DNA from: Planctomycetota bacterium | GTDB lineage: Bacteria; Planctomycetota; GCA-002687715; DRQF01 | Direction: 5' to 3' | NCBI GenBank assembly: GCA_036479435.1 | Contig: JAZGFI010000090.1 | Span: 38,980 to 102,979, forward strand | DNA length: 64,000 bases | Shown here: positions 21,429 through 30,756 of the stretch, in pieces | How the letters are laid out: each line of letters starts with the position of its first letter | Numbering within the stretch: position 1 is the first letter of the stretch | Made by a program: the position numbers and the translations under genes | The notes under the pieces: model-generated | The model's database searches: none | The model's input: only the letters and a program-made list of their open reading frames with translations | Told to the model about the DNA's origin: nothing

Positions 21429-23144
21429 ATGGGCGGGGAAAATCTAGCTCAGGAGGCTCGATCCATGTACCGGCCCCTAAACCTTGGCGCAAAGGCCTTT
21501 GTGTTCTCGCTTTGTCTGATGGGATCTTTGGCCGTCGCTTGCCAGGTTGCCAGCGCACAGTCATTGCCTTCATCTGGTGCCTTGATCACCGAGCCTTTTC
21601 CGGGTGAGGGCACTTGCATCAGCATGGGCGACTTGAACGGCGACGGCTGTGATGAGTTCTATCTCGACCTCGTCGAATTTCGCCCTTTCCTGCATGTGCT
21701 CTTCAAAAGAGCCATCGTCGATGGTGCGACGGGCTTGCCGTTTCGCCTACTCCACGATTGGGTAGCCCCCTTCCAAAGCTTTGTGCCGAGCGAAAGTGCG
21801 TTCCCGCTTGGCGACCTCGACGGGGACGGTGATGGCGAATACGCGATCATGACCGTTGACGACTTTAATCCCTTGAGCATTATCACCTTGGTCGAAGTCT
21901 ACTCTGGGACCGCTGTGGCCCCGCTCTATGTGATTTCTTGGCCAGGGATTTCCTTGCGCGGTCGCAACGTTTTTCCACTTGGTGATGTCGACAGAGACGG
22001 CATCGGCGACATTGGGATACGAGCAACAGCCGCTCCCAGCAGTCCCCGCTCCGAGAGTCTCTTTCAAATCAGTAGTGGGGCCACCGGGTCCTTTATCTTT
22101 GGCACTCAGTCGGCAACGCTGCCGCTTTCTGCCTGGGCCGCGCTTGGCGACGTCAACGCCGACGGCCACGGCGACTACGCCATTTCTTCGGCCGCAGCTT
22201 CGATTCTCCACACCAACGGCGGCGTCGCGACCATTGTCTCTGGCGCCAACTTCAACATCCTGCACACTTTCTTCGGGTCGGTACCCAACGAGTTCCTCGG
22301 CGAACAACTCTTGCCGCTTCCCGACCAAGATGGTGACGGTGCCCAAGACTTATTGATCTTCGCTCGCGGCTACATGGTGAATGGAAGTCTCGTGGGCCGC
22401 GTCCGCGCCCGCTCCAGCGCCACCGGCAATGTGCTATGGCAAATCGTCCCGCCGCCAGGGACCTTTTTTCAGTCGCTAACCGCAGCTGGCGATCTCGACG
22501 GCAACGGCGACGATGACTTCGCGATTCGAATCATCGGCCTCGGCCCTCAGACCTCTCAGATCGTTTACTCCGGCAGCGACGGCAGCGAGTTGTTCCCTCT
22601 CCAATACCCCTCCCTACTTCTGGGCACCGGCATCGGTGAGTCCTTCGTCGGCGACACCAATGGCGACGGTTTCGACGAACTCGCCGTCATGGAATCGATC
22701 ATCACCTCGCCAGTGGGGCCGGGAGTCCCCAACGACATCGGTACCGTCACGATCGCTCGCCGCCAGCTCTACGGCGCCCAGTCCTACGGTGCCGCCACGC
22801 TCGGAAGTACTCTTTCTCTCGATTGGGCCCCTAACGCAGGTCAATCGCAACTGGGCTTCATCGAACTCAACGGTGCTGCGCCCAACGCCCAACTCTTTTT
22901 CGGCGTCAGCCTCGCTCCCTGGGACGGATCGACCTTCGGCGCCAATCACCCCCTGTGGATTTCTCCTTTGCCCCAAGACCTCTTCATCACGGCTTCCGTC
23001 CTCGCCGACGCCAACGGTCAGTTCCGCTCCTTCGAAACCCTCTCACGTCCTGAAATCGCGGGAATTTCCCTCTACCTCCAAGGGGCCCAAACCACCGCCC
23101 CCGACGCCATCTCCAACGGCCTCCAACTCCTCTACGGCAACTAG
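21429..23144 (+). CDS. Secreted FG-GAP/integrin-alpha beta-propeller protein
   Basis: Signal peptide; repeated DxxGDGxxD Ca-binding loops (GDLNGDGCDE, GDLDGDGDGE, GDVDRDGIGD, GDVNADGHGD, GDTNGDGFDE). Confidence 0.88.
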   Translation: MGGENLAQEARSMYRPLNLGAKAFVFSLCLMGSLAVACQVASAQSLPSSGALITEPFPGEGTCISMGDLNGDGCDEFYLDLVEFRPFLHVLFKRAIVDGATGLPFRLLHDWVAPFQSFVPSESAFPLGDLDGDGDGEYAIMTVDDFNPLSIITLVEVYSGTAVAPLYVISWPGISLRGRNVFPLGDVDRDGIGDIGIRATAAPSSPRSESLFQISSGATGSFIFGTQSATLPLSAWAALGDVNADGHGDYAISSAAASILHTNGGVATIVSGANFNILHTFFGSVPNEFLGEQLLPLPDQDGDGAQDLLIFARGYMVNGSLVGRVRARSSATGNVLWQIVPPPGTFFQSLTAAGDLDGNGDDDFAIRIIGLGPQTSQIVYSGSDGSELFPLQYPSLLLGTGIGESFVGDTNGDGFDELAVMESIITSPVGPGVPNDIGTVTIARRQLYGAQSYGAATLGSTLSLDWAPNAGQSQLGFIELNGAAPNAQLFFGVSLAPWDGSTFGANHPLWISPLPQDLFITASVLADANGQFRSFETLSRPEIAGISLYLQGAQTTAPDAISNGLQLLYGN

Positions 23145-23177
23145 GACCCCAAGCCAAATCACGATCCCAAAGTCCAC

Positions 23178-23206
23178 TTGAACCCCGCCTACCCGGCCCC
23201 TATAGT
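23178..23206 (+). promoter_or_regulatory. Sigma70 promoter of tRNA-Val
   Basis: TTGAAC-N17-TATAGT. Confidence 0.7.
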
Positions 23207-23218
23207 CTCCCTCGCTCA

Positions 23219-23292
23219 GGGCGATTAGCTCAGCTGGTTAGAGCGCTTCGTTCACACCGAAGAGGTCACAGGTTCGAATCCTGTATCGCCCA
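23219..23292 (+). tRNA. tRNA-Val(CAC), island integration site
   Basis: Cloverleaf GGGCGAT/ATCGCCC; anticodon loop TTCACAC; T-loop TTCGAAT. Confidence 0.97.
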
Positions 23293-23426
23293 CTTTCTTA
23301 ACTTTCGCCGACGCCTGAACTTCAGGCAACCCGCCCCAAAGGCGGCGCGGCCGCAACCTCAAGAGTTCTCGGTTACCAGTATCCGTTTCAGGATTTGGTA
23401 GCCGTCGAAAGAGGAGACGGCGCGCT

Positions 23427-24647
23427 ATGCCACGCAACAAACGCAACCCAACGTATCGCAATTTCAAACCGCGAGATCTCGGCTTCGTCGAGCTTTTCGT
23501 AGCCGAAAAGAGAAGACCGCAGCGTTTCTACTTCCCCGGTCCCTTCAATTCAGCTCAAAGTAAGGCCGCTTATCACCGCGTCCTCGCTGATTTGCAGTTC
23601 ACCGAATTCGGCGAAGTCCCTAATTGCCTGAAGAAACCAGAAGAGAGAGTAGGAATCTCCGTTTCGAGGCTCGTCGATCTTTACATCGAGAAAGAAGCGA
23701 AGGTCCGTTATCGAACGAAGGACGGTTCGCTTTCCGGCGGCTTTCCTATCGTGAACATCACCCTCCAATACTGGGTCACGCACTTCGGCGATCTTAGGGT
23801 CGAGGAATTCACTCCACGGCTTCTTAAATCTCTTCGAGATCGACTGATCAAGAAACGCCTCGCCCGAAGCACCATCAACGACAAGATGAGAATCATCGTT
23901 ACGGCCCTTAGGTGGGCGGTAGAGGAAGAGTTGGTCCACGAGTCGGCCTGGAGGTCTCTCCAGGCGGTAAGGACGCTCCAGCGGGGGAGAAGCGAGGCTA
24001 AGGAGACCGAGCCGATCACACCCGTGGAAAAGGCGGACGTCGAAGCTGTTCTTCCCCACCTCACTTCCGTGCTACGGGCTATGGTATTGGTGCAGTGGTT
24101 CAGCGGCGCGAGACCCGGCGAGGTCTGCACGATGCGAATTCGCGAGGTGGATAGAAGCGGCAAGAATTGGATCTACAAACCGGAACACCACAAGACCCTG
24201 CATCACGGCAAAAAGAGGTTGCTCGTTTTGGGCCCAAAGGCACGTGAAGAACTATCACTATTGCTTAGGCCAGATCCCGACGCCTACTTCTTTTCGCCCG
24301 AGGTCTCCGAGCGAGAACGCAAAGAACAGCGCCACGCAGATCGAAAAACACCTTTGAGCTGCGGCAACAAACCAGGCAGCGTCCGAACCCCTAACCCAAA
24401 GCGACCACCAGGCGCCTTCTTCTCCACCCAATCCTACGGACGAGCCGTTAAGCGAGCTTGCGTCAACGCAGGCATCGCTCCTTGGACGCCCAACCAACTC
24501 AGGCATTCAGCCGCGACGCGGATCAGAAAAGAGTTCAGCCTCGAACACGCACGTGCTGTACTTGGTCATTCCTCAACTTCAACCACTGAGATCTACGCCG
24601 AAGTCGATAAGACCATCGCCATCGATGTAATGGAACGGATCGGCTGA
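23427..24647 (+). CDS. Tyrosine recombinase/integrase
   Basis: Catalytic GARPGE, HKT, NQLRH, LGH, IYA; lies next to the tRNA. Confidence 0.95.
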   Translation: MPRNKRNPTYRNFKPRDLGFVELFVAEKRRPQRFYFPGPFNSAQSKAAYHRVLADLQFTEFGEVPNCLKKPEERVGISVSRLVDLYIEKEAKVRYRTKDGSLSGGFPIVNITLQYWVTHFGDLRVEEFTPRLLKSLRDRLIKKRLARSTINDKMRIIVTALRWAVEEELVHESAWRSLQAVRTLQRGRSEAKETEPITPVEKADVEAVLPHLTSVLRAMVLVQWFSGARPGEVCTMRIREVDRSGKNWIYKPEHHKTLHHGKKRLLVLGPKAREELSLLLRPDPDAYFFSPEVSERERKEQRHADRKTPLSCGNKPGSVRTPNPKRPPGAFFSTQSYGRAVKRACVNAGIAPWTPNQLRHSAATRIRKEFSLEHARAVLGHSSTSTTEIYAEVDKTIAIDVMERIG

Positions 24648-24753
24648 AGCGACAGTCCAATCTTCTCCTTCATTGGATGCGCGCATTAGGCTCGGATCAA
24701 CTCCAATCATTCATGCGCACGGCGACGGCGTTTCGCTCTTTTTAAGCCCGTAG

Positions 24754-25071
24754 TCTGCAAACAGGACGACTCCGATCACCTACGGAAATAGCCCTGGTTC
24801 AGGTCACGAGGGCCGCAGCCGTCCGGTTCTCGGTGAACGGTACACCACGCAATCCTACGGTCGAGCGATCAAGCGCGCATGCGAGAGAGATAGTATCAAG
24901 CCTCATTGGACGACGCATCAGCTGCGGCATTCTGCGGCGACAATCATCAGAGCCGGCATCGACGCTGAGGCAGCCAGAGTCATTCTTGGCCACTCCGATC
25001 CTCGTATGACTGAGGTCTACGCCGAGAAAGATCTCAAGGCCGCAGTTGAAGCAGCCAAGATGTTTGGTTGA
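24754..25071 (+). pseudogene. C-terminal fragment of a second, related integrase
   Basis: Hand translation RTTPITYGNSPGS...TQSYGRAIKRAC...HQLRHSAAT...LGHSDPRMTEVYAE-stop; in-frame TAG at 24751 upstream and no N-terminal half. Confidence 0.88.
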
Positions 25072-25211
25072 TTCGCATCGAGAACCTCAGTCCTCAGCAT
25101 GGTCGAGTTTTCTGTTTGATGAGGTGATTTCTGCGACACATAGAGAAAGGTCCGGACAAATCTAGACACTGACCGACACCTTGCTTTGTTCCCCGATTCG
25201 GCGTCTTACGT

Positions 25212-25601
25212 TTGATCAGAACGTCGACCAATAGTGGTTCGACTTCGGAGAACAAAAAGATGCGAGACGAAAGCAAGCCAGATAATGGAGCGAAGCACGA
25301 GCCATGCTCAGATGCCAATTGTGAAAGTGAGTCTGGACATGGTTCGAATTCAGTTTTCTCACCCAAGGCCAAGAAGAAGTACCTGACCTTGACTCAGGCA
25401 ACGAAGCTACTTCCAGGTCGGCCGCACAGATCGACGATTTGGCGTTGGTGCAGTGTTGGCGTCAAGACTCCAACGGGGCGCATTTGTCTTAGGCACATGA
25501 TCTTGGGATGCCGGCTGTTGACGACGCAAGAATGGCTCGAGGACTTTGGTGAGCGAGTAGCCAGGGCAAGACGTGCGGCGCGAGCACTTGATCTTGGGTG
25601 A
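25212..25601 (+). CDS. DUF1580-like HTH protein (excisionase-like)
   Basis: LTLTQATKLLPGRPHRSTIWRW...LTTQEWLEDF; true start may be ATG 25260. Confidence 0.75.
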   Translation: MIRTSTNSGSTSENKKMRDESKPDNGAKHEPCSDANCESESGHGSNSVFSPKAKKKYLTLTQATKLLPGRPHRSTIWRWCSVGVKTPTGRICLRHMILGCRLLTTQEWLEDFGERVARARRAARALDLG

Positions 25602-25733
25602 CTCTCATTTTGACGTCGGCTCAGCGAATCCGAATTGCCGGGACCAAGTGTGCATGAGCGAAACGAGGTCTTCTCGACCCATGGCATTAGTGCAACATGT
25701 CGCATTAACCTCGCTTCACTCATGCGTCGTTAG

Positions 25734-25979
25734 CTATTCCTCATTAGGGTTTTCAGTTTGCCCCGGCCAGTTTTTCGGGCAGTCGGCTCTTTCCCATGCT
25801 TCGATTTCATCGAGCCAGAAGAAAACTGTTCCACAGATTTTGATTCGCTTGGGCATGTGGCCTTTGTCCGACCAACGATTGATCGTTTTTTGGCTCACTT
25901 CAAGGCGCTTTGCAGCCTCTGGAACCGTCACACGTATGCGGCCAAAAAACTTGGTATCTTGGGTACTTTCGATAATCAT
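25734..25979 (-). CDS. AlpA-family regulator/excisionase
   Basis: EAAKRLEVSQKTINRW...MPKRIKI...WLDEIEAW. Confidence 0.8.
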   Translation of the reverse strand: MIIESTQDTKFFGRIRVTVPEAAKRLEVSQKTINRWSDKGHMPKRIKICGTVFFWLDEIEAWERADCPKNWPGQTENPNEE

Positions 25980-26505
25980 AATTAATTTATTCGTGGCAGC
26001 TTGATTCGGTCAGACTCACTATCGGTCAAGCGATATCCACTCGACTGTTTGACTCTGGAACCGAATAGCGTGATTCACGACTTTCCTTGATGCGGCAAGT
26101 GGCGCCGCCATTCATCCAAGCGCAGACCAGTTGGCAACCTCAGGAGTGGCTGGATTGTCGGTTCGGTCGAATTGGACGGAGCAGCTCCCGCTTTGTTAGA
26201 GCCGCTGGCCCAGTGATTTTCGCCGCGCATTCCACATACTGTCGAATTCACGGAAGATGAGATTGTTCGGAATTGGACGCGACAGGGAGCTGGCTCAACG
26301 GTGAGACGTCGTGGGTCTCAAGAGAGTGTCCGGCTGAGCAATTTGAAATCTTAGCCCAGTCGCGATGTCCATTCGAAGATATGTGACAATTGGGAGGTTC
26401 TCAACATTTTTCCGGAGGACGATGGCGGTGACGCCAATCTGAAGCACGGAAACCATCCTCCGACAGCCTGCCGAATTGACGCCACCTACTGACTGGGCTG
26501 AATTG

Positions 26506-26967
26506 CTAGTTGTCCGAAGTGCGAGGAATGAGCCCAAGGCCTGCGAGGGATCTATGGCCTGAATCGCCAATGACGACATGATCCAGAATCTCGATCCCAA
26601 GAACATTCCCGGCTTGAAACAGCCTCGTCGTGACGGCGATGTCCTCAGCGCTTGGCGTTGGGTCGCCACTGGGGTGATTGTGCACCAACACGAGAGCAGC
26701 TGCGTTGGCGAGGATAGCCCCTTTGAACACCTCTCTGGGATGCACCAACGAACCGGTGAGCGTCCCCACTGAGATGATCTCGTAGGAGAGGACTTTATTC
26801 TTAGCGTTTAGGTGGATGACGGCGAATCGCTCACGGTCTGTGTCTCGCAGAAATCCCATCACTTGCGCCGCATCTGCTGAGTTAGAGATTCTTTTCGCGA
26901 TAGGTTCGTCCGTTTCGACTCGTACTCTTTTGTAACTGCAGACCAGCTCTCGGATATATTCTTGCAT
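26506..26967 (-). CDS. RadC-like JAB-domain protein (short mobile-element type)
   Basis: VHPREVFK, HNHPSGDPTPSAED, LDHVVIG. Confidence 0.93.
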   Translation of the reverse strand: MQEYIRELVCSYKRVRVETDEPIAKRISNSADAAQVMGFLRDTDRERFAVIHLNAKNKVLSYEIISVGTLTGSLVHPREVFKGAILANAAALVLVHNHPSGDPTPSAEDIAVTTRLFQAGNVLGIEILDHVVIGDSGHRSLAGLGLIPRTSDN

Positions 26968-27104
26968 CTTGAAACTCCTTTAGTTTGAACTGGCTGTTTC
27001 AAGAAAACAAAACACCAGGCCTTAGCGACGTTTGGTGATCTTGGCGGTCTCAGAAGTTGTTCTAGGCTCTGCCGCTATGACACTCCGACCTTCGTGGACA
27101 ATCT

Positions 27105-27758
27105 TTAGGACTTGGTGATTCGCCGATCTCTTGGTGCGCGAGAAGCTCTGGCCTGATGATGTCGGTAGATGGCCCACCATCTGGTATCGACGATGTCGCC
27201 GAACAAGTAGGCCCTGATCCCTGAGGCCCAATGTGGCCAGGCGTGATTGCAAGGTAGTGGCAAGGTCACCTCGAGAAATCGATTGATCACGGATCCAGTT
27301 TCTTTGCGCCGAGATATCTTGATTTGATGCCAGCGTCGTTGGTCAACATCTTCACGCAGTTGTCTGAAGAATTGCGACATCTTTGCTCTTCTCAGGAATG
27401 CAAAAGGACGGGGATGGAGGACGATGCAGGTGCCAGCAGTCACGAAACGGATGACCTTGCCAAACTCAAAGTCGTAGGGTGCCGGCATGGGTTCCACTTC
27501 TCCACCATCGTATGGGTCGTCATGGAGAGGCTTACGTTGCCACGTTGTTTGCCAGTCGGTACTCATGGCAAGGTGAAGCCGTTGTTCTGACGTTAATGTT
27601 GGTACAGGGTGCATTTCGGCTAGTTCATCGAGTCTATCTTCGATGTTACGACCGAGCTCATCCTGGATGTGACCCATCTCGCCAAGGTTGAGTAGGTGTA
27701 TCCGTTCGAGCGAGTCTGAGTGGAAACCTGGGCCTTCAAACCAGTGTGATCTGGACAT
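27105..27758 (-). CDS. Hypothetical protein
   Basis: 217-aa ORF with AAGGAG RBS; no motif recognised. Confidence 0.5.
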   Translation of the reverse strand: MSRSHWFEGPGFHSDSLERIHLLNLGEMGHIQDELGRNIEDRLDELAEMHPVPTLTSEQRLHLAMSTDWQTTWQRKPLHDDPYDGGEVEPMPAPYDFEFGKVIRFVTAGTCIVLHPRPFAFLRRAKMSQFFRQLREDVDQRRWHQIKISRRKETGSVINRFLEVTLPLPCNHAWPHWASGIRAYLFGDIVDTRWWAIYRHHQARASRAPRDRRITKS

Positions 27759-28158
27759 GGACGCTCCTTCTTTGATTTTGAGGTGTATTGAAAGGGGGCC
27801 TAGAAAAAGACCCCCGGGGCATGAAACGCGAAGTCAATTAACCCACGCGTTTCAAATAGATGGCTCGCGAAATTTGTGCGGGAAAACCACCCTAATGGTG
27901 TTTAGGCCAGCAAAACTCACCGATGCTGCTGAGAGTACTCTCGGTCCTTCTTCGATTGCCGGTCCGACGAGTGCGGGTGGAGATGCGCGTCTTTGGATTG
28001 GCGCCGGCGATGAAGTCGTTGAAGGGACGTTTTCGCGGCTTAGCAGCGGGCCGTTTGTCTACTCAAGTGAGCTCAACAGTGAACCGAATAGTCGGCAAAT
28101 TGAAGACCATGCCCCAACCCAGTCCAATGTGCTGGACCTGGGCAGGGCAGATCAGGTG

Positions 28159-29037
28159 CTAGTTGCCAAGCTTTCGAAGTTCAGCGTTTGTTAGCCATTG
28201 ACCATTTTGTGAACACAGCATCCAGATGGCGTTGTCCACGAGCGTTGTCGTTTCGCCGACTTCTTGAGCGAACTCTTCCATGACCGTCATGACCTGGAGA
28301 AATTCATTCTTGTCCAGAGGTTTTGGTTCGGAGCGTCGTGCTTGATCCTTCCAATTTCGGTACTGAACCCAGCCAAACGAACCAACCGCTCGTTTGATGT
28401 GGCGATCGGGTTTTGCAACGTCATAACCGAGATTCTTCAGGGCCTCGGCTGCAAGTGGAACTCCCAATCCGTGGAGTTTGGTTTGTAGGCCTCGATATCC
28501 AAATGCGATGGCAAGCTGTTTGGCGTCTCTTCCTTTCTCTTCGAAAAGGTTGGCAATGTACTGGTCGATCGACCCAAAGTTCCTTGCTCGCCCGAGGAGC
28601 TGCTTCGCTGTCGTGATCGAATACACAAGTTGTTGTCCTAAAAATGCGGACCCAGAGCCTCGACTTTCAAACCAGGGCACTATCCGGTCCTTAACTTCAT
28701 CGATTCCCAAGGCCGCATATCGTTCGATGGAGTAGCCGAAAAAGACGTCTTCGAGCTCGTCTTGGATTCGTTCAATCCTCTCCCAGACGGTGTTACTTGA
28801 AAGCACCGATAAGATGATTCCGCGGAACACTTCGTCATTTGAGAGGGTGAGTCTCCCCTGGCTTCTATCTTCGACAGCCGATAGCTGTCCCCAATCCGCA
28901 ATTCTCTTACGCCAGCCAGCGCTTTGCTGATCAAGGATCTGGCAGATGGTCGACCACCTCTCGCCATGTGTCGCCGACGTGCTTTCCGCTGGAGTCGGTC
29001 TTTCAGGTTCAGGGGCCATGCGAGCGTCACTCTGCAT
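28159..29037 (-). CDS. HhH DNA glycosylase-like protein
   Basis: HGLGVPLAAEALKNLGYDVAKPDRHIKR (HhH followed by KPDxH), VDNAIW. Confidence 0.65.
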   Translation of the reverse strand: MQSDARMAPEPERPTPAESTSATHGERWSTICQILDQQSAGWRKRIADWGQLSAVEDRSQGRLTLSNDEVFRGIILSVLSSNTVWERIERIQDELEDVFFGYSIERYAALGIDEVKDRIVPWFESRGSGSAFLGQQLVYSITTAKQLLGRARNFGSIDQYIANLFEEKGRDAKQLAIAFGYRGLQTKLHGLGVPLAAEALKNLGYDVAKPDRHIKRAVGSFGWVQYRNWKDQARRSEPKPLDKNEFLQVMTVMEEFAQEVGETTTLVDNAIWMLCSQNGQWLTNAELRKLGN

Positions 29038-29353
29038 TGTGGTGTAGTTTTAGTTCGCCAACGGCCAGCACTTCGAAGGTCAGATCATCACCAGCCTTGA
29101 AGCCGAAGCGCGGAAAAAGATCAGAGCCTCTCAGGCGACCGCTTACACCCTCGAATGAAGTGTGGAAGTAGGGAGGATTCGAAGTTGTTGTTCGGATCGT
29201 GCCACGCCATTTCTCTTGCCCAAAGAAAAGATCGACTGGTTCTTTATCTCCGTGGGGAAGAGATGAGGAGTCCCGCCTATCGAAATACAGTTCGAGGTGA
29301 GGAGTCTTTTTATTCGGTTGAATGTCTCGAATGTGACCAATGATCAGCTTCAT
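29027..29353 (-). CDS. Small hypothetical protein, possible DNA-binding beta-barrel
   Basis: 108 aa; GGAG RBS; overlaps downstream gene; C-terminal GFKAGDDLTFEV. Confidence 0.55.
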   Translation of the reverse strand: MKLIIGHIRDIQPNKKTPHLELYFDRRDSSSLPHGDKEPVDLFFGQEKWRGTIRTTTSNPPYFHTSFEGVSGRLRGSDLFPRFGFKAGDDLTFEVLAVGELKLHHNAE

Positions 29354-29385
29354 CTTGTCTCTCCATCGTTAGGGTTTCGAAATTC

Positions 29386-30321
29386 TCAGGATTCTGCCAA
29401 CTCCTCCGAAAGTCCGTCGCCTACGCCATCAAGACCAACAAACTCGTATGAATTACGGCCTTGTCTCATGAGGAACCATGAGTTCTTTCTGCCACTTCGT
29501 TTGACCCCGAGTCGATAGTCAGATGGCAAGGCATGAGTTTCGTTGGAACCGTTGACCAAGTTCAGGTATTCGCGAACGAATTCAGATCGTGTGAATGTGG
29601 TCTTGCCGGATTCGGCGAGAGACTTGGCCGCCTTATAATGGGATAGCTCGCGGCCTCGTAGCTGACCTTCTTCGACTTTCTCAATGGTCTCATTGTGGTT
29701 GCGGATCCGGTCGTCAGGTGTGCGGTCGGTTGAGTCGACGACGATTGGCTCTATTCCCTGTTCCTTCAGCGCCGCTTGAGCTTCTTGCAAATGGCGTTCA
29801 ATTGCCTCAATGAGGATAGGGCACTTGTCATAGAGCACGTATTGCTGAAGAGCACCAATTGGGAGTCCGCAGCCGACGCAAATTCGAGTGCGATCGCCAA
29901 TTCGAGAAAATTCAAACTCGCACTCAGGGCATTTTCCTATCAGGCCAAAATCTGTTTCATGGTCTGGGCACAACAACTGGCCCGGTTTTCTCCTAACCCA
30001 ATGCCAATCAGCGAGTCTGTCGACGGTGTTTAGGCAAAGGGCAACAGTCCCTGGTTCCCCCAAATGTGGAGCTTCAATCCTTGACCGAAGTTGCCTGAGG
30101 GCCGAAGCCTGGTCTCCGGCTCCATGTTCATCCAGTTCATCGCAGATGGCATCGACCAGCCCCCACGGTGCCAGCCTTTTGCCGTGTTCGGATTCCGACA
30201 CGACACTCTGCGCCACAAATGCTTGGCGTGCGATCTCAGCTTGATTCAGATCTAGACGCCTACGATGACGAGCAAGCGTGCTTCCGAGGACTTCGAACGG
30301 TGTTAAATCGTCTCTTATCAT
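29386..30321 (-). CDS. XRE-HTH protein with Cys-rich (Zn-ribbon-like) segment and unknown C-terminal domain
   Basis: LNQAEIARQAFVAQSVVSESEHG; CPDH, CPEC, CVGC; LPSDY...YEFVG. Confidence 0.65.
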   Translation of the reverse strand: MIRDDLTPFEVLGSTLARHRRRLDLNQAEIARQAFVAQSVVSESEHGKRLAPWGLVDAICDELDEHGAGDQASALRQLRSRIEAPHLGEPGTVALCLNTVDRLADWHWVRRKPGQLLCPDHETDFGLIGKCPECEFEFSRIGDRTRICVGCGLPIGALQQYVLYDKCPILIEAIERHLQEAQAALKEQGIEPIVVDSTDRTPDDRIRNHNETIEKVEEGQLRGRELSHYKAAKSLAESGKTTFTRSEFVREYLNLVNGSNETHALPSDYRLGVKRSGRKNSWFLMRQGRNSYEFVGLDGVGDGLSEELAES

Positions 30322-30756
30322 GGTGAATATTAATCAGAATATTATGATATTCAATGTAATATGCGTATTTTCTTAGGCAATTTTGATCAAAGCTGTCCAC
30401 TTTTTGTATGGGGGCCTACCTGCGTAAGTGACGAATAGCAGTAAGGCTTTTTATATTAAGTGCTTAAGGATCATGGCAAGGTGAGCTGATTGAAGGGTTC
30501 GCCCAAGAAAACTTCAAAAATCTCATAGTACGGGGCAAGAGCTTGGTGCCGACATTTTGTTTTTTGTGTGACGGTTTAGGGCTCCATAATGGCCTGTCCT
30601 GGAAGTCCTCGAGGAGGCTCACAGATAGTCCCAGAAGACCTGCGGTTGTAGGCGGGCTTTCGCACAGGCAGGGCAAAAGCTGCTGTGAGGCCCAAAGAAT
30701 GCTCGTGGGGAGACCCTGTCGTCCATCGGCTGCTCGGAGCCATTTCAACGGATCGA

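Noticed and set aside
27688..28194. 168-aa plus-strand ORF in the island
   Set aside because: TTG start, overlaps minus-strand genes at both ends, and no recognisable motif.
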